This document shows positions 41,493 through 52,959 of a stretch of DNA of 64,000 nt, piece by piece. The notes under the pieces were generated by a model. That model worked only from the letters and a program-made list of their open reading frames with translations. It made no database searches and was not told the origin of the DNA. The stretch is from positions 2,100,899 through 2,164,898 of the forward strand of contig CM082596.2 of NCBI GenBank assembly GCA_040954595.2, read 5' to 3'. The stretch comes from Balanoglossus misakiensis. Taxonomy: Eukaryota > Animalia > Hemichordata. A program made the translations under genes and the position numbers. Within the stretch, counting starts at the first letter, position 1, and every line of letters starts with the position of its first letter.

Positions 41493-42176
41493 AGCGCCCT
41501 CACTGGGGTAACTGTCGGTTACCATGGAATGATGTAAAGTGAAAATCTAGCCAATAACGGGCACATTATCATTTGTTACGGGCTTATAATTTGATATAAA
41601 TTCTCTCCTTCGCCGCACTGACGTATAAAAAACGTGCTGTGCGCCCCGACATACGTCGTGACCGGCCCCAAACTACTTCCGCTTTGGCGCGAATAAGGAC
41701 AGTCGGCCATTTTCAATTGACCTCGTCACCGGAATACATATCTGAAACTAATCGATTAAAAAAGTTGATGCATTTCCTATCGTCCATATACATGAAAGTA
41801 TTCATAAACATACTTTTATTTTCATTTAATCGTGTATTTGGGTTCTCGTTGATCGCTAAACATCAATTTCGTTAAAAGAAATAGTACGTTTGCGTTATTC
41901 AAACTCACTTAGTTAAGTCTCTTCTCATTGGACAACACATTATAGATCCGCCCAATAAGCTTAAATGGACTAATGAGAGAAAGGGTTACATTCATAGCAA
42001 TGCCCGCGCAAGGATTTTCAACTGGTTCTTCATATTCCTGCTCCAGCAGTGTGCACATGTGCAAGGGTTGACCGAAGGCGAACTTGGAGAGGCCGAGAAT
42101 TATATAGCTTTTGGATATAACTAGTGAAATATTATATTTTGTGTCCGTTCATTCGCCATATCTACACATTGACACC
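41493..42176 (+). promoter_or_regulatory. KPNB1 promoter/5' UTR region
   Basis: Local CpG enrichment; CTCF-like AGCGCCCTCACTGG 41493, CCAAT boxes, CRE-like TGACGTA, ETS ACTTCCG, E2F TTTGGCGCGAA 41683, YY1-like GGCCATTTT; good Kozak ACACCATGG at 42177. Confidence 0.55.
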
Positions 42177-42219
42177 ATGGACGACCTTGTTAGAGTGCTT
42201 GAAGCTACGGTAGCGACTG
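42177..42219 (+). CDS. KPNB1: KPNB1 exon 1 [14 protein letters not shown]
   Basis: Kozak ATG, GTAAGT donor. Confidence 0.9.
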
Positions 42220-45200
42220 GTAAGTGACAAGTAACTGCTTCCTGATACCGGTACAGTACATCGTGTTATCGCCATGTCAGTTCAGTCATCTTTGAAATTT
42301 CATGTATCTATCAGCTCTATAATGTCATTTATGTGTTACTTCTCAATTGTTTTCAGATCAGGGTGCTCTTCAAAGTGCACAGGAGTCACTTGAAAAGGCA
42401 GCACAAACTGATTTTGTAAGTAACTATAGTTTTCTAGGAAATCGTGTGTTACGCGAGAACTCAGCTTTCAGAAAGTTCATCAGGCCAGGCCAAGATGGCT
42501 GCCACCATGAAATATATGTGATACGAACATTACTTTTCGTAACCCGACCGTTTTCTTAGGTTTGTTTATGTTCGTCTCAATGACAATATAACAGAAAATC
42601 GTGGTGTCTGTTAATGCTACGTCCAAGCGATGTCAATGTCTGTTGTGCAAAACACAGACTGATGTCTAACGGTTTCCTTCAGTACACCGTCTGTCGTTTG
42701 TGGTGCGGCATAGAAATTATAGTAATGTATCGTGTATCTAGTTTGTACAGTCAGTTGCCCATTGTAAATACTCGTTCTTAAGAAACTGTCAACACCACTG
42801 GCGAAAACTGCGTGCAACATCGGCGCGAAACCTTGATATCAAAGTGTGTATAACTGTCAATACGTTGTTCATTCATTGTCCTGATGTTTGTTTAGTAAGT
42901 CAAGTGTACTGTTATATGCAAATGATTTAAGCCATTTGTCTTGTGTGTATGTTTTAATTTGCATATAACTGAACTGTATCATTTATCAGCTGAAGTGTCC
43001 ATAGACATTGATGCTGTTAGTTGACCTGGAAATATGAAACTAAACAGTGTGTTACAGAAATAAACATTTAAGATTCTCGTTTTGATTCTCTTCAATGTTA
43101 CAGAACCAGTTTTTGCTGGGGTTATCAGAAGTCCTCGCAGATGCATCCAAGAGTCATGTGGCCCGTATAGCAGCAGGTCTGCAGCTGAAGAATGCCCTGA
43201 CCTCAAAAGACCCTGTCATTAAAATACAGCTCCAAGAGAGATGGCTGTCTATGGACCCTCAGTTCAGAGGGAGCATCAAAAACTTTGTAAATATAACGTA
43301 TTTTCATTTTATATGACCCTATATCAGAGAAAATAACATACCTGCTTGCACGATACTTATCATTACCCAATAACTGATAACAAAGCTGAATGAGCAGTGA
43401 TTACTACTTTACGATGGTGCACATATACCTGTCCTCTGATATTACAGTTGAACAGCTGGGGGCATAATTGTGTATGCACCATTACAAGTAACTGTGTGTA
43501 TCAGGTCATTAACGAAGTGAGATGCATTCATCATGCTGTCAAACGGGGCCTATCCACCACCATTATAATGATCGTAATGGCAGATTATTATTACAGTTTG
43601 AGACCACACCTTTTCAGATTTGGTGTGCCATTTGAAGCATCTAGATAGTGCAAGGAAGTGGTCATATTTAACATTAGTGAAGTGAATGATGTACATGAGT
43701 GGGTTGGAAGGAAATTAGACTAGTGGATAGTAATTTCACATGTACCTGTAGGCATTTATCATCTGGAGAATTGTCATTGTTAGTTGCGTCTCTTCAAACT
43801 ATGCACTGGTTAATTTTTACTGAACCCTGGCAGGAACTTGCATTCAAGATGCAATTTGCTTATCTGTTCAGGTTCTGCAGACTCTAGGAACTGAAAACCA
43901 TAGACCAAGTTCAGCAGCACAGGTAAGTGCATTGTTACCAAACACTCATTTAAAATTCATTATTATAGATAAGTCTTGTTCATCTATTCTCAAAAAGAAT
44001 ATACTTGTCGTGAGCTAATATCTTTTTTGTTTCTTGTATCAGTGTGTAGCTTGCATAGCATGTGCTGAAATTCCGAACAGCCAGTGGCCAGAATTGATAA
44101 GCGTGATGGTTCACAATGTAACCAATGCAACCAGCACAGAGTCCTTGAAGGAATCAACATTAGAAGCTATAGGATATATGTGTCAAGATATGGTAAGTGA
44201 GCCTAGTTGTGGACATCACAGGAGCTACAGTGATGCAGTCGGGATGAATATATTAATTTCTATCATTCCTGAAGACATTGCCACTTGCCCACAGAGCCTT
44301 GTAGCCATTTTAACCTGATAGCCAAGAATCACACGAAGCAAGCTTTGTCATGTAGAATGATTGCTCTCTCTCTCTCTTTAGGATCCAGAACACCTTGCTA
44401 CGCAGTCTAACGAAATATTAACCGCTATTGTCCAAGGTATGAGGAAAGAAGAACCCAGCAACAATGTGCGACTGGCGGCAACAGTGGCCCTTCTCAATTC
44501 ACTGGAATTTACAAAAGCCAACTTTGACAAAGATGTGAGTATTTCGTGTAACTCTTTGCCTACATGTGTACACGCGCTCCACACGCATGCATGGTGCATG
44601 TCCACCCCACCAGAACACAAGGTTGTCGCTGAGGCCATTGTTGTGTCAGACATAGCTGATTTCACACCAAGTTGTGAAATTCATTCTTTGTCAACGATGA
44701 CCAGTTGGAAAGTTTATAACAGGGTTGCATAACTCAGGAAGACCATACATACCTGTGAGGCTGGACTAATTCTTGAAACGTGTAAACAACACTTTTATGG
44801 GGTATATATTTGAAGGTAACTGTACTTACCTTGCACATCTCTACCCCCTACCAACCGAACCAATGAAATATCGAGATCCAGATAAACAGGACATTTATTT
44901 CCTGGCACAGTCTTCACAAATGTTGTGTGTTGATTGCAGGCTGAGAGACATTTCATCATGCAAGTTGTATGTGAAGGAACACAGTGCACAGACACACGTG
45001 TCAAGGTGGCAGCTTTGCAGTGTCTTGTCAAAATCATGTCCCTCTACTACCAATATATGGAAACCTACATGGGACCAGCTTTATTTGCCGTAAGTATGAA
45101 ACAGATTTCAGTTGCATTTAATGAATTGTGTGCATGAATGTTGGTTATTCTGCCGTTTTGCGCTTGTCTTCATTTTGGTAACCTTTCTTGTCTTTCTGCA

Positions 45201-48200
45201 GATCACTGTAGAAGCCATGAAATATGAAGAAGACGAGGTAGCTTTACAAGGAATCGAATTCTGGTCAACAGTCTGTGATGAAGAAATGGATCTTGCCATT
45301 GAACAGTCAGAGGTAATTTTCCAAGATTCGTTGAGTATTTTTTCCTTGGCTAGAAGAAATTTTTACACCTTAGCAAAAATACAAAGAGTCGAAAGAATTG
45401 ATATTGTGACTTCATGTCGTGTTTGCGATTTTTAAGAGCTCAGCTCACATCTGTATTTCTTCATTTCAGGCGACAGAGCAAGGACGCCCACCAGAACACA
45501 TCAGCAGGTATTACGCCAAGGGCGCATTGCAGTACCTGGTGCCACTTCTCACCCAAACTCTGACAAGACAGGTAAGAAACCCACCTCTCCAAAATATTTA
45601 AGAGACAGATATTAAAGGTCTGTGTTTGCTTTCTGTTCTGTTTGCCCATGGTTTTGCTGATTATGTATTTATTTATCTTCTGCCTGCTGTGGCAGACTTA
45701 TTTGCACACATGCTGGGAAATATTTTGATTGAAATGTCACAAGAATAACATCACAGGTTGATGGTTTGGTAACAGATGTTTTATATGGGTCTTGCTACAT
45801 TGGGCAATATGTGTGGTTCATGTAAATGATCTGTTTTCTCATCACTGGTAGTGGGAGATATTATGTGTGTGTGTGTTGCATGATGTATGATGTCACACCA
45901 ACAAAAGACCAGGATGTTGGGTCACCGAGAGGTCATGAAAGTGGCCCTTTTTCATCTACAGAGGTGCTTCCACGTTTCCGGTCAGAACCCCAGACTTTTT
46001 TATGTAGTACCTTATTGCTGCTCGTTAAACAATCTCTCTGTGTGTGCCTTTCTAATCTAATTGTTTTCCAATTGATCTAAAAAGGAAGAGTCAGATGACG
46101 ATGATGAATGGAACCCATGCAAAGCAGCTGGCGTGTGTCTGATGTTACTTGCTACCTGTTGTGAAGATGACATCGTAGGGCACATTTTGCCGTTTGTCAA
46201 GGCCAACATCAAACACAAAGAGTGGCATTATCGAGAGGCATCGGTCATGGCGTTTGGTAGGTCCTTTCTGCACTTGTGGTTACCTCCATGGCTTAGTCTA
46301 ATCCCATGTCTGTTGAACTGCTGGTATCAACCTTTTGCCCACCTGTACTGATCATGCGACATGATAATGTTCTATTTTCCCAACTTTGCATTGTAGGGTC
46401 TATATTGGAAGGCCCGGAGCCGAGCATTCTAAAGCCGCTGGTCGTTCAAGCTATGCCTGTTCTAGTGGAGTTGCTAAGCGACGAAAGTGTGGTCGTTCGT
46501 GATTCAACAGCCTGGACAATTGGACGTGTCTGTGAGCTGCTTCCAGAAGCTGCCATCAATGATACGTACCTGCAGCCATTGTTGGATGCATTGAAGACCG
46601 GCCTTTCTGCTGAACCAAGGGTTGCCACTAATGTCTGCTGGGTAAGTGTGTCAAGCTGTACTCCTTGCTCACGTATGGTGTTGTTAGGGCACAACATAGG
46701 CTGACACTATTAACAAATGAATGCTACTCTGATTGCAGGCAATTTCAAGTTTAGCAGAAGCAGCGTATGAAGCTGCAGAGATCCCAGAAGATGCAGAGGA
46801 ACCGTCAACTTATTATCTCAGTAGCTCTTTCGAAGATTTGGTCAGCAAATTACTAACTACAACAGACAGGTAAGGTTCCTTTTGTCTTGCTGTCAGAGAA
46901 GTGCAAAGGAGTGTGTTACCATGAAAAGTGACAGACATGTGTACCCTTTGAATTCTGATTGGGTTTTGCTTTTGTTTCTTGCAGACATGATGCTCATCAC
47001 AATAATTTGCGAAGTGCAGCATATGAAGCCCTTATGGAACTTGTCAAAAATAGTGCCAAGGTAAATTTGCTAATTACTTCGTAGGACAAATATATTAGTT
47101 ATTTTATCCTTTCCAGCAATAGTGTGTGTGTGTGTACATATCAGGAGTTGCAGACCGGTCTATTATGCTTTATGGACATCACTTCGTAACTATTTAATTT
47201 GAAATCAATTGGTCCACTTCTCTTACTTTTTTTCAGGATTGTTACCCAACCGTTCAACAAACAAGTTTGTTTATATTGGAAAGAATACAAAAAATTTTAC
47301 AGTTGGAGGTAGGTCTTCGTGGGTTGTATCGTCTATTTTTTGCTTCCAAAATTTACATACAGGGGTAGCAATAAAGTCGGTGACTTGAAAAAAACCCCAG
47401 AGCCTATTTCATCAGTTAGCCTTGAGAGAGGAAGAAAAATTGAACATCCATTGCATACATGTAGATGTAAGTTCCAATTACAGTTTTGAGGTGTGAATTA
47501 CATTGTGTTGATTTTTTTGTTTCAGTCGCAGACACAGTCGAATTCTGAGAGAATGCAGTACAGTGATCTACAGTCTCTTCTATGTGCTACCTTACAGGTG
47601 AGGTCAAAGGTCTCTTTAAGGCAGGGGGCCAAACCCTAGAAAAGTTTGTCTGAATGTGTAAGGAAACATTTTCAACTCAATTAGTGAAATCACTCTTGGA
47701 ATTAGCGTTTTTCACCTCAAATGCTGAAACGGGCTTTGAAACATGTGGAATTTTGAGAGACTTTGAAAATGTGAACCTTGTTCTGTTTTTGGCCTTGATG
47801 TTGTCACCTGTTTCATTTCTCTGCAGAGTGTACTCCGCAAGATGGAAGTATCAGATGCGCTGCAGATCTCAGACCCTGTGATGACAGTTCTGTTGCAGAT
47901 GTTTAGCAGCTCTAGTGGCAGATCTGGTGGTGTGCAGGAAGACGCACTCATGGCTGTAGGAACACTAGTAGAAGGTACTGTACAAAGTCTTATATAACCC
48001 TAAATTTGCCTAGTCAGTAGCGAACGGCGTCATTTTCATACCCCTTGGCCATTGAGAATCTGAACTGGTATCATTGCATACGTAGATAAAATTGTGCATC
48101 ATTTGGGCATGCACCTTTTGGCACAGTACCCCCCTGCGTCACACGCTTTCTTTGATCATGTTTCAGCATTTATATCTTCTATATCTCCTCTTTCAGTTAT

Positions 48201-50310
48201 TGGAAACGAGTTTTTGAAATACATGGAAGCATTCAAACCCTTTTTGTTACTCGGTTTAAAAAATTATGCAGAATATCAGGTGAGCCTCACTTCACTTCCC
48301 TCCCCCTTAAACATTCTTTTATCTGTATAATCCAAGAATTGTTCACATCAAAGTCCTTGCTATCATCTTTGAAAGTTAGCTTACGATTTGAGTGCTAAAT
48401 GGTAGTTTTTTTCTCTGACATCAAATAAACGTCACCTAACATTTTTTCTGTGTTGTCGATTTTCAGGTTTGTCTTGCTGCTGTTGGCCTCATTGGGGATT
48501 TGAGTCGGGCGCTTGGAAGTAACCTCCTGCCTTTCTGTGATGAATTAATGTATTCCCTTCTAGAAAACCTAGGTGTAAGTATTTCAGTGTGCTTGAGTAA
48601 AGAAGATGAATTCGACCATTTTGCAAACTCTGCGGACAAAACAACACTTGGTCCATCGTGTTAAACAACATGAAAGTTTAATTCAGTGATGCATTTGTAT
48701 AATACATTTAAATAATTCTCTTTCAGAATGAAGTTGTACATAGGTCAGTTAAACCACAGATCTTGTCAGTCTTCGGTGATATTGCCCTGGCCATTGGGTC
48801 GGAATTTAAAAAGTACCTAGATGTTGTCATGACTACGCTCTTACAAGCCACACAAGCAAATGTGGAAAAGGTATGTAGTGAAAGTTCTTCCATGTGTTGG
48901 AAGCAAAGTGTTCCCTCCCTGAAAACTGCTGAAAAAGATTGAGGAATATTCTGAAAATTTAAAGTCGTATATATGCAGACGTCAAATTTATTGGCATTCA
49001 GCAACTATGTTGTCAAATTCTTATTTTTTTTTTCTCTCTTCCAGTCTGACTATGACATGATTGATTACCTTAACGAACTCCGTGAAGGTTGTTTAGAAGC
49101 GTATACTGGCATAGTGCAAGGCTTGAAGGGAGACGCAGAGAAACCAGTTAGTGGTAAGTGTGACAGAAGAAGATAGAACCAGTTTGGCCATTGCCACTGC
49201 TGACTATTCATACCCAAGATTCTCCTGCTGTATACATTGTATCATCTTTCCAACAATTATTTCTCTGTAATGTGCCAAGTATACCTTATCCCTGTCTCCA
49301 TCATGCTTTGTTCTAAAAGTGAAAAAAAAAAAGATTTAAGCATGACACTCAGTAATCTCAAAGTGAGGTCAAATATTTCAGGCCCACGTAGTCAACAGGT
49401 CGTGATAAATTAACACATTTTGCAGATACAAGTGATCTATGACCTTAAAACATTATTTATTAAATATTCTTTATTTCAGCTGATCTTCAGTTAATCCAAC
49501 CACATGTTATGCATATTATAAATTTTGTCGAACACATCGCTCAAGACGAAGATCATTCAGATAGTAACACTTCAGCAGCTGCAGGCCTCATTGGGTAAGT
49601 GCAAAGCAAGTATTTTATTCACTCTAATATTTTATCTTTAGTGTGCGACTGCTTCCCATTTTGACTTTGAGACAGTTACATGGTGTGTGTCACATTTGGG
49701 GCAGGGTACGCTTACTATTTTGGAAACACCTGACATCACTTCCTGGTCCTTTTTGCCGGAAGTCTGTATATCTTTCTTTCACGGACTCTGTTCTGTGTGT
49801 TTTGTTGATTGTGCTTTGCTGTATCGCGACTGTTTGTCTTTGCAACTGGCCTTGTAAATACCGTATAATTAACCTATGAACTTAAGAATACGGATGGGTA
49901 TGGTGATCACAATTATCTAAACTATTTTATACTATTTTACTTCTTATGTCAAGTGAACTCTCTTTCGTTGTCATTTCAGTGATTTGTGCACATCGTTCTG
50001 TGCTGGTATGTTGCCACTTGTGGAGAAACCAAGCATACAAGAACTCTTGCAAGAAGGAAGACGTTCCAAGACCAACAAGACCAAAACTCTGGCTACATGG
50101 GCTACCAAAGAGATAAGAAAACTGAAGAGTGCTCAGTGGTAAGGAATGTTTTTTTTTATTCTTTATTGAAATACAAACATGGAAGGTTACATCATTATCC
50201 TTGAATTTTGATCAAGTTTCTGTATGTAGAAGCTTTGTAATTGTAGATATACACAAGCTCACATTCCTTGATTCTGTGTCTGATTATCTCTTTTTGTGTG
50301 ACATTGCAGA
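42177..50310 (+). CDS. KPNB1: Importin subunit beta-1 (karyopherin beta 1), complete, 23 coding exons, 878 aa
   Basis: Hallmark sequences [126 protein letters not shown]. Exon lengths sum to 2637 nt in one frame with GT-AG introns. Confidence 0.97.
42357..42415 (+). CDS. KPNB1: KPNB1 exon 2
   Basis: [20 protein letters not shown]; CAG/GTAAGT. Confidence 0.92.
43104..43286 (+). CDS. KPNB1: KPNB1 exon 3 (IBN_N domain)
   Basis: [12 protein letters not shown]...GSIKNF; CAG/GTAAAT. Confidence 0.94.
43872..43922 (+). CDS. KPNB1: KPNB1 exon 4
   Basis: [17 protein letters not shown]; CAG/GTAAGT. Confidence 0.93.
44043..44192 (+). CDS. KPNB1: KPNB1 exon 5
   Basis: [11 protein letters not shown]...GYMCQDM; CAG/GTAAGT. 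Confidence 0.95.
44382..44534 (+). CDS. KPNB1: KPNB1 exon 6
   Basis: [25 protein letters not shown]...NFDKD; TAG/GTGAGT. Confidence 0.95.
44940..45089 (+). CDS. KPNB1: KPNB1 exon 7
   Basis: [12 protein letters not shown]...GPALFA; CAG/GTAAGT. Confidence 0.95.
45202..45312 (+). CDS. KPNB1: KPNB1 exon 8
   Basis: ITVEAMK...LAIEQSE; CAG/GTAATT. Confidence 0.95.
45470..45571 (+). CDS. KPNB1: KPNB1 exon 9
   Basis: [10 protein letters not shown]...QTLTRQ; CAG/GTAAGA. Confidence 0.95.
46085..46256 (+). CDS. KPNB1: KPNB1 exon 10 (HEAT-8 acidic loop)
   Basis: [16 protein letters not shown]...SVMAF; AAG acceptor, GTAGGT donor. Confidence 0.9.
46397..46641 (+). CDS. KPNB1: KPNB1 exon 11
   Basis: GSILEGPEP...VATNVCW; TAG/GTAAGT. 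Confidence 0.95.
46739..46869 (+). CDS. KPNB1: KPNB1 exon 12
   Basis: [13 protein letters not shown]...LLTTTDR; CAG/GTAAGG. Confidence 0.94.
46985..47060 (+). CDS. KPNB1: KPNB1 exon 13
   Basis: [25 protein letters not shown]; CAG/GTAAAT. Confidence 0.94.
47237..47308 (+). CDS. KPNB1: KPNB1 exon 14
   Basis: [24 protein letters not shown]; CAG/GTAGGT. Confidence 0.93.
47526..47597 (+). CDS. KPNB1: KPNB1 exon 15
   Basis: [24 protein letters not shown]; CAG/GTGAGG. Confidence 0.94.
47827..47974 (+). CDS. KPNB1: KPNB1 exon 16
   Basis: [16 protein letters not shown]...[14 protein letters not shown]; CAG/GTACTG. Confidence 0.94.
48197..48279 (+). CDS. KPNB1: KPNB1 exon 17
   Basis: [28 protein letters not shown]; CAG/GTGAGC. 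Confidence 0.95.
48467..48574 (+). CDS. KPNB1: KPNB1 exon 18
   Basis: [16 protein letters not shown]...LLENLG; CAG/GTAAGT. Confidence 0.95.
48727..48870 (+). CDS. KPNB1: KPNB1 exon 19
   Basis: [24 protein letters not shown]...ANVEK; CAG/GTATGT. Confidence 0.95.
49045..49153 (+). CDS. KPNB1: KPNB1 exon 20
   Basis: [22 protein letters not shown]...KPVS; CAG/GTAAGT. Confidence 0.95.
49480..49594 (+). CDS. KPNB1: KPNB1 exon 21
   Basis: [28 protein letters not shown]...AAGLIG; CAG/GTAAGT. Confidence 0.94.
49980..50138 (+). CDS. KPNB1: KPNB1 exon 22 (ends in TG of the split stop)
   Basis: DLCTSF...[12 protein letters not shown]|GTAAGG. Confidence 0.92.
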
Positions 50311-52610
50311 ATCATGTTCAGTTAGGCAACCAGTTGGAAATAAACGGAACACACTGCGGTCGCCTGCCACCAAAAGTTGGATGATCAAGTGGACCTGTAG
50401 GCCATCAGAAGAAGTCCCTATTTTTTGGCCTCTATGGATGGATGTTGACTGTATGGGAGAGTGAATGAATGGAGTGGACTCGTCTTTCGGATGTGTTCAC
50501 ATGTACATAAACCATAGGTACAAAATATTCCAAAAAAAAAAAAGAAATTGAAATTACGAAAACTCTATCCAAGAGAGCGGATGCAAGTCAGATAATCAAA
50601 ATTTCTGCCTAACATTTACAAAAGAAGGGCTGGTCACTGAGTTTGGCCATTGAGGTGACAGCTGTGTCTGGCTGACTAACGCTGCTTGGACGGAGGTGAA
50701 AAACTTGAAATCTTTGCCGGCTGCTTGAAGACGATAAGTCTTGGTAGCCAGTAAGGTGTCCACCCTATCTCATGAATGATTGAGTGGATGAATGTGTCAG
50801 AATTTACAAAAAATAAGCAAGACAATGTAGGTTTTTCTGTAGTTAAAACACACCTGTATGCGCTTCCTCACCCCAAGATTGGGCAAAAACTGCGATATGA
50901 GGTCAGAGTTCAAAGGTTGAAGGTCATGTAAGCTAAATGATGGAGCCTGAATACGCCCAGATGCACAATGTATATAGTGTCAACAGATTTTTCTTTTTGT
51001 ACAAAAAAAAAATAAAAGTAATAATAAAAACGCAGGAAGATAAAACATCTTTGTGAGTGGAAGAGATCTTTCATTTCCAAACACGGTCATCTGTGAATGA
51101 ACATTTGTAAATTTCATTACTTCTTCACGGAAACAATCAAAAGTATTTGGGAAATTGAAGAAAAAATGTTCTTTTTCAATTGCATACTCGGAGTCATATG
51201 TCAAGATTCTCCTGTTTTTGAACGGCTGGGAATAAAGTCTCCATCATTTGGTGTTTTCAACTCTGATCTCTAAACTTTTCAAGAAATCTTACCAATGAAA
51301 TGATTGGTTTTGAAAAGAAACCAAAAAATGAACTCCAATCACCTTCAGTTAGTTGTAACTGGCTTGAAAAGTAAGTTGATATTTCCTCGCCATATCTCAG
51401 AGACGCTTCATATAAGAGTAAGAAAGCATTTTCAGTGTGGTTTTGCAAAACCTTACAATTTACGTACACTTGTTTACTACAAGGCTCATGATTTTTCATA
51501 CGCTTTGAGTTAAAATGCAGAGGGTTACTGTCATTGATTAGAAATCCTGTGTAAAATGAAAATGGTTTGTGATGCACAGAAAGAATATACTGACCGATTT
51601 TTCCCTAATCAACACAGTCACAAATGAAATGCTGCTGTCCCCGTTCAAGGCAAAAAAGGAAAGCCACCTGTGAATTCTTTCGTGATAAGTATGTATCACC
51701 CTAAACAAAAGTCGACACAATGTGTCTGTGAGATTGACAAATTATATCACTCTTTTCCTTGTCAACTGGACTGATGAAAACAAAAATCAATGGTCAGTAT
51801 ACGTACATTCCTTTTGTGCAGCTCAAACTGTTTTCATTGTAATATCCATGTACACTTGAAGTAAATATTTGGCAAACAAAACTTCAAAAAGGGTGCATTA
51901 AAAATGGCACTCCCACTTTGTATGATTTCAAAAATGGTTTTATATGGTCATGCACGAAATATTTGTACATCAGTGACCATATAGTTTACTTAAGGTACTT
52001 CATGTCATTGACACATTTTCAAACCATTTATTTCTTTGATATATTCAAGTTTGTAAGAAGTCTTATAGCTAAGTTGCTGTTTCTCCAAGTTAACACAAAT
52101 TTGGCGGCCATTTTGATTACAAATGTGGCGGCCATTTTGAATTTCTAGTTTGGCGGCCATTTTGCCCTGTCGTCTCCAATTTTCCATGGTGATGCACATA
52201 CTACTACCTTACCAGTTATAATAGTGGCTGTGCCTTTTCAGGGGAGTCATTGCAATTGAAACTTCTGAGAACTTGATCAGTTTCACCTTATTTCGCTCAA
52301 TGTGTACATATCTGCAAGTACAAATCCTGACCCACAGGAACTGAACCGGAGATATTTTACAATGTTGGGAGTGTCATTTGAACCCAATGAGCATATATGT
52401 GGTTTTTTCATGTTTTCATTGAACTGATAAAAACTACAGCAATCAGAAGCTAAATTGTTACAAATCGGGGCATTTTACTTTAGGCGCACAAATCCACATA
52501 GTTTATTGTTTTCTTTGTATGCTTGTGCAGATTCAAGTGAACGCAACTTTCAGTCTCTGGGAGGTGATGAGTCTATTGTTTGTATCAATAAACACATTTC
52601 ATAAATATAT
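50310..52610 (+). other. KPNB1: KPNB1 last exon: final A of TGA plus 3' UTR (end approximate)
   Basis: ttgcag|A acceptor completes TGA; AATAAA at 51231 and 52587, each followed by GT-rich sequence. Confidence 0.55.
52102..52164. repeat. Three copies of TGGCGGCCATTTTG (YY1-like core) spaced 24-25 bp
   Basis: Exact 14-mer at 52102, 52126 and 52151. Confidence 0.8.
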
Positions 52611-52834
52611 ATATCGTGTTGTCTTTCTTGTGACACTTATTTGCTATGTAAATGTAATTTGCAAAAGTTTATGGTGCTGAAGTCAAAGTCTCTTTTGCTT
52701 ATATGCTTAGGAGGTTTGCATGACTATATGAAGTATGGATTGCAAGGCTTTCAAACTGCAGTGTCAAGGCAATGGGGTGACTAATACCCGTTACTCAACC
52801 AAGGCTGAATTGAACAAATGATGAAATTTTGAAT

Positions 52835-52908
52835 TCGAAAAATTGTCAATGATTGGTGATTTTCATCAGCTATAATCCATGAAAATTTGAAAAAAAATGA
52901 AATTTTGA
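52835..52908 (+). repeat. Solo degenerate monomer of the 88-bp satellite
   Basis: 52835-52881 matches 53332-53378 at 39/47 nt without gaps. Confidence 0.8.
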
Positions 52909-52959
52909 TATCAGACATTTTTTGGCACTAAAAAGCACGGTGATGATTTGTCGAAATTA

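Noticed and set aside
44224-44321. C/D snoRNA candidate in KPNB1 intron 5 (GCTA..GTGATGC..CTGA..TAGC)
   Set aside because: Box C is imperfect and I found no convincing rRNA or snRNA antisense element; snoscan would settle it.
47995-48003. TAACCCTAA as a telomerase RNA template
   Set aside because: Sits in a 222-nt intron, too short, with no pseudoknot or CR4/5 evidence; a 9-mer is expected by chance.
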